NCBI GenBank assembly: GCA_002269645.1
Contig: NIVC01000657.1
Span: 62,001 to 126,000 of the forward strand
Length of the DNA: 64,000 nucleotides
Direction: 5' to 3'
DNA from: Macrostomum lignano
Taxonomy: Eukaryota
Below are positions 62,565 to 64,000 of the stretch, piece after piece. Positions within the stretch are counted from its first letter, which is position 1, and each line of letters begins with the position of its first letter. The notes under the pieces are model-generated. The model ran no database searches. It was not told where the DNA came from and worked only from the letters and a program-made list of their open reading frames with translations. Both the position numbers and the translations under genes were made by a program.

Positions 62565-63010
62565 TTAGCTACCTGTCAGATTGGCTAGCTTTCCTGCCTG
62601 ATTAGCTACCTTCTCAAATTAGCTACCTGTCAGATTAGCTACCTGTCAGACTAGCTACCTGTCAGATTGGCTACCTGTCAGATTGGCTACCTGTCAGATT
62701 GGCTACCTGTCAAATTAGCTACCTGTCAAATTAGCTACCTGTCAGATTAGCTACCTGTCAGACTAGCTACCTGTCAGACTAGCTACCTGTCAGATTGGCT
62801 ACCTGTCAGATTGGCTACCTGTCAGATTGGCTACCTGTCAGATTGGCTACCTGTCAGATTAGCTACTTGTCAGATTGGCTACCTGTCAGATTGGCTACCT
62901 GTCAAATTAGCTACCTGTCAGATTGGCTACCTGTCAGATTGGCTACCTGTCAGATTGGCTACCTGTCAGATTGGCTACCTGTCAGAGTAGCTATCTGTCA
63001 GACTAGCTAT
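62565..63010. repeat. 16-bp minisatellite (GTCAGATTGGCTACCT)
   Basis: Direct periodicity. Confidence 0.93.
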
Positions 63011-63119
63011 ATGTACCTGCTGCCATGGATTAGGCGCCATGTCATTAGCAACAGGGGCCTAAGGGCCGCTATATGAGCTACATTGCCCGTGTACACACCG
63101 TACACTCAGCCTGCGCAAG

Positions 63120-63575
63120 TCAAGCTGACCCAGCCGGCAGCAGCTGCTCAGTCTGCAGCTTTAACTGACTCAGCGCGTCGTAGGCCGCTAACCGGTTCGT
63201 CGTTGGCGTCGCCAACTTGCCCGGCCCGGTTTGGGGACCCATCGCCAGCTGCAGCTCTTCATAATCGTGCTCGCACAGAATTCGCGACTCGACAATATAG
63301 TACCGGTCGCCGACGCAGAAACGCTGATCGCAGTGCTGGCAGGAGAAGCACTCCAAATGATAGACGCTGTTGTCTCTAGTTCGCATGACCATCTCGAAGG
63401 CCGGTATGTGCTTGTGACAGGCGGCGCAGAGGCCTGTGCAGCCGAATAAACGGAGATAGTCTCGACGGCACAGCAGCAGATTGGCTCGGGCAAATAGCGA
63501 GGTGCCAACTTCGGCTAGGCGACAGTCGCAGCAGTGACAGCGAAGGCAGTCCTCGTGCCACAGCTGGTTCATGGC
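63120..63575 (-). CDS. LIM-domain-only protein (rhombotin/Beadex-like), last exon; 5' exon(s) lie beyond the window
   Basis: [67 protein letters not shown]; CAG acceptor at 63578-63576, in frame. Confidence 0.92.
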   Translation of the reverse strand, partial: AMNQLWHEDCLRCHCCDCRLAEVGTSLFARANLLLCRRDYLRLFGCTGLCAACHKHIPAFEMVMRTRDNSVYHLECFSCQHCDQRFCVGDRYYIVESRILCEHDYEELQLAMGPQTGPGKLATPTTNRLAAYDALSQLKLQTEQLLPAGSA

Positions 63576-63617
63576 CTGTTGGAGTCCGGATGGCGGGTAG
63601 TAGAAGCGTAGCGATTC

Positions 63618-64000
63618 GCTGATTGGCTGTCTCAGAAATGGAGTGGGGCTAGGAGCCAGGGGTCGATTGACACCCACCCCATGTTTTATAACCACCGAGA
63701 CAAGCGAAACATCTATCTCTTTCTATCTACCCCTTATCAGTTGCTGATTGGCTGGCTTAGAAATGGGTCGGAGCTTAGTGGCTAGGGGTCGATCGAACCC
63801 CACCCCATGTTTTATAACCCCCGAGACAAGAGAAACATCTATCTCTTTCTATCTACCCCTTATCAGTTGCTGATTGGCTGGCTTAGAAATGGATTGGGGC
63901 TAGGAGCCAGGGGCCGATCGGCACCATCCCCATGTTTAATAACCACCGAGACAAGCGAAACATCTATCTCTTTCTATCTACCCCTTATCAGTTGCTGATT
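63618..64000. repeat. About 125-bp tandem repeat (3 or more copies) in the LMO intron
   Basis: GCTGATT anchor at 63618, 63743, 63869 and 63994. Confidence 0.9.

Noticed and set aside
63576-63695. N-terminal part of the 191-aa LMO ORF
   Set aside because: Lies in the 125-bp intronic repeat upstream of a good acceptor and does not resemble LIM1.

Overview
Eukaryotic (animal, invertebrate-style) genomic DNA with GT-AG introns, GC-rich exons and many tandem repeats; no prokaryotic features and no CRISPR array. I assembled the spliced genes by hand: an ankyrin-repeat + Mab-21/cGAS-like nucleotidyltransferase (cGLR) gene (+, 9873-22825), a secreted fibrinogen-related protein (-), a cation-dependent mannose-6-phosphate-receptor/ATG27-like protein (-), GAS8/DRC4 (-, with a duplicated 3' end), an 11-exon RAD50 (+), a PAN/apple + C-type lectin (+), tRNA-Val(CAC) and the last exon of a LIM-only protein (-). 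The most striking structure is a 9379-bp near-perfect palindrome (13347-22725). It has about 4.65-kb arms, CACTA...TAGTG ends, a target-site duplication and a small GC-rich hairpin centre, and it sits in the last intron of the cGLR gene at the apparent branch point. The rest is gypsy, LINE, SINE and MITE-like remnants and more than 15 distinct minisatellites, including a different one in most RAD50 introns. Most long ORFs in the supplied track are repeat artefacts. All identifications come from motif recognition by eye; no searches were run.
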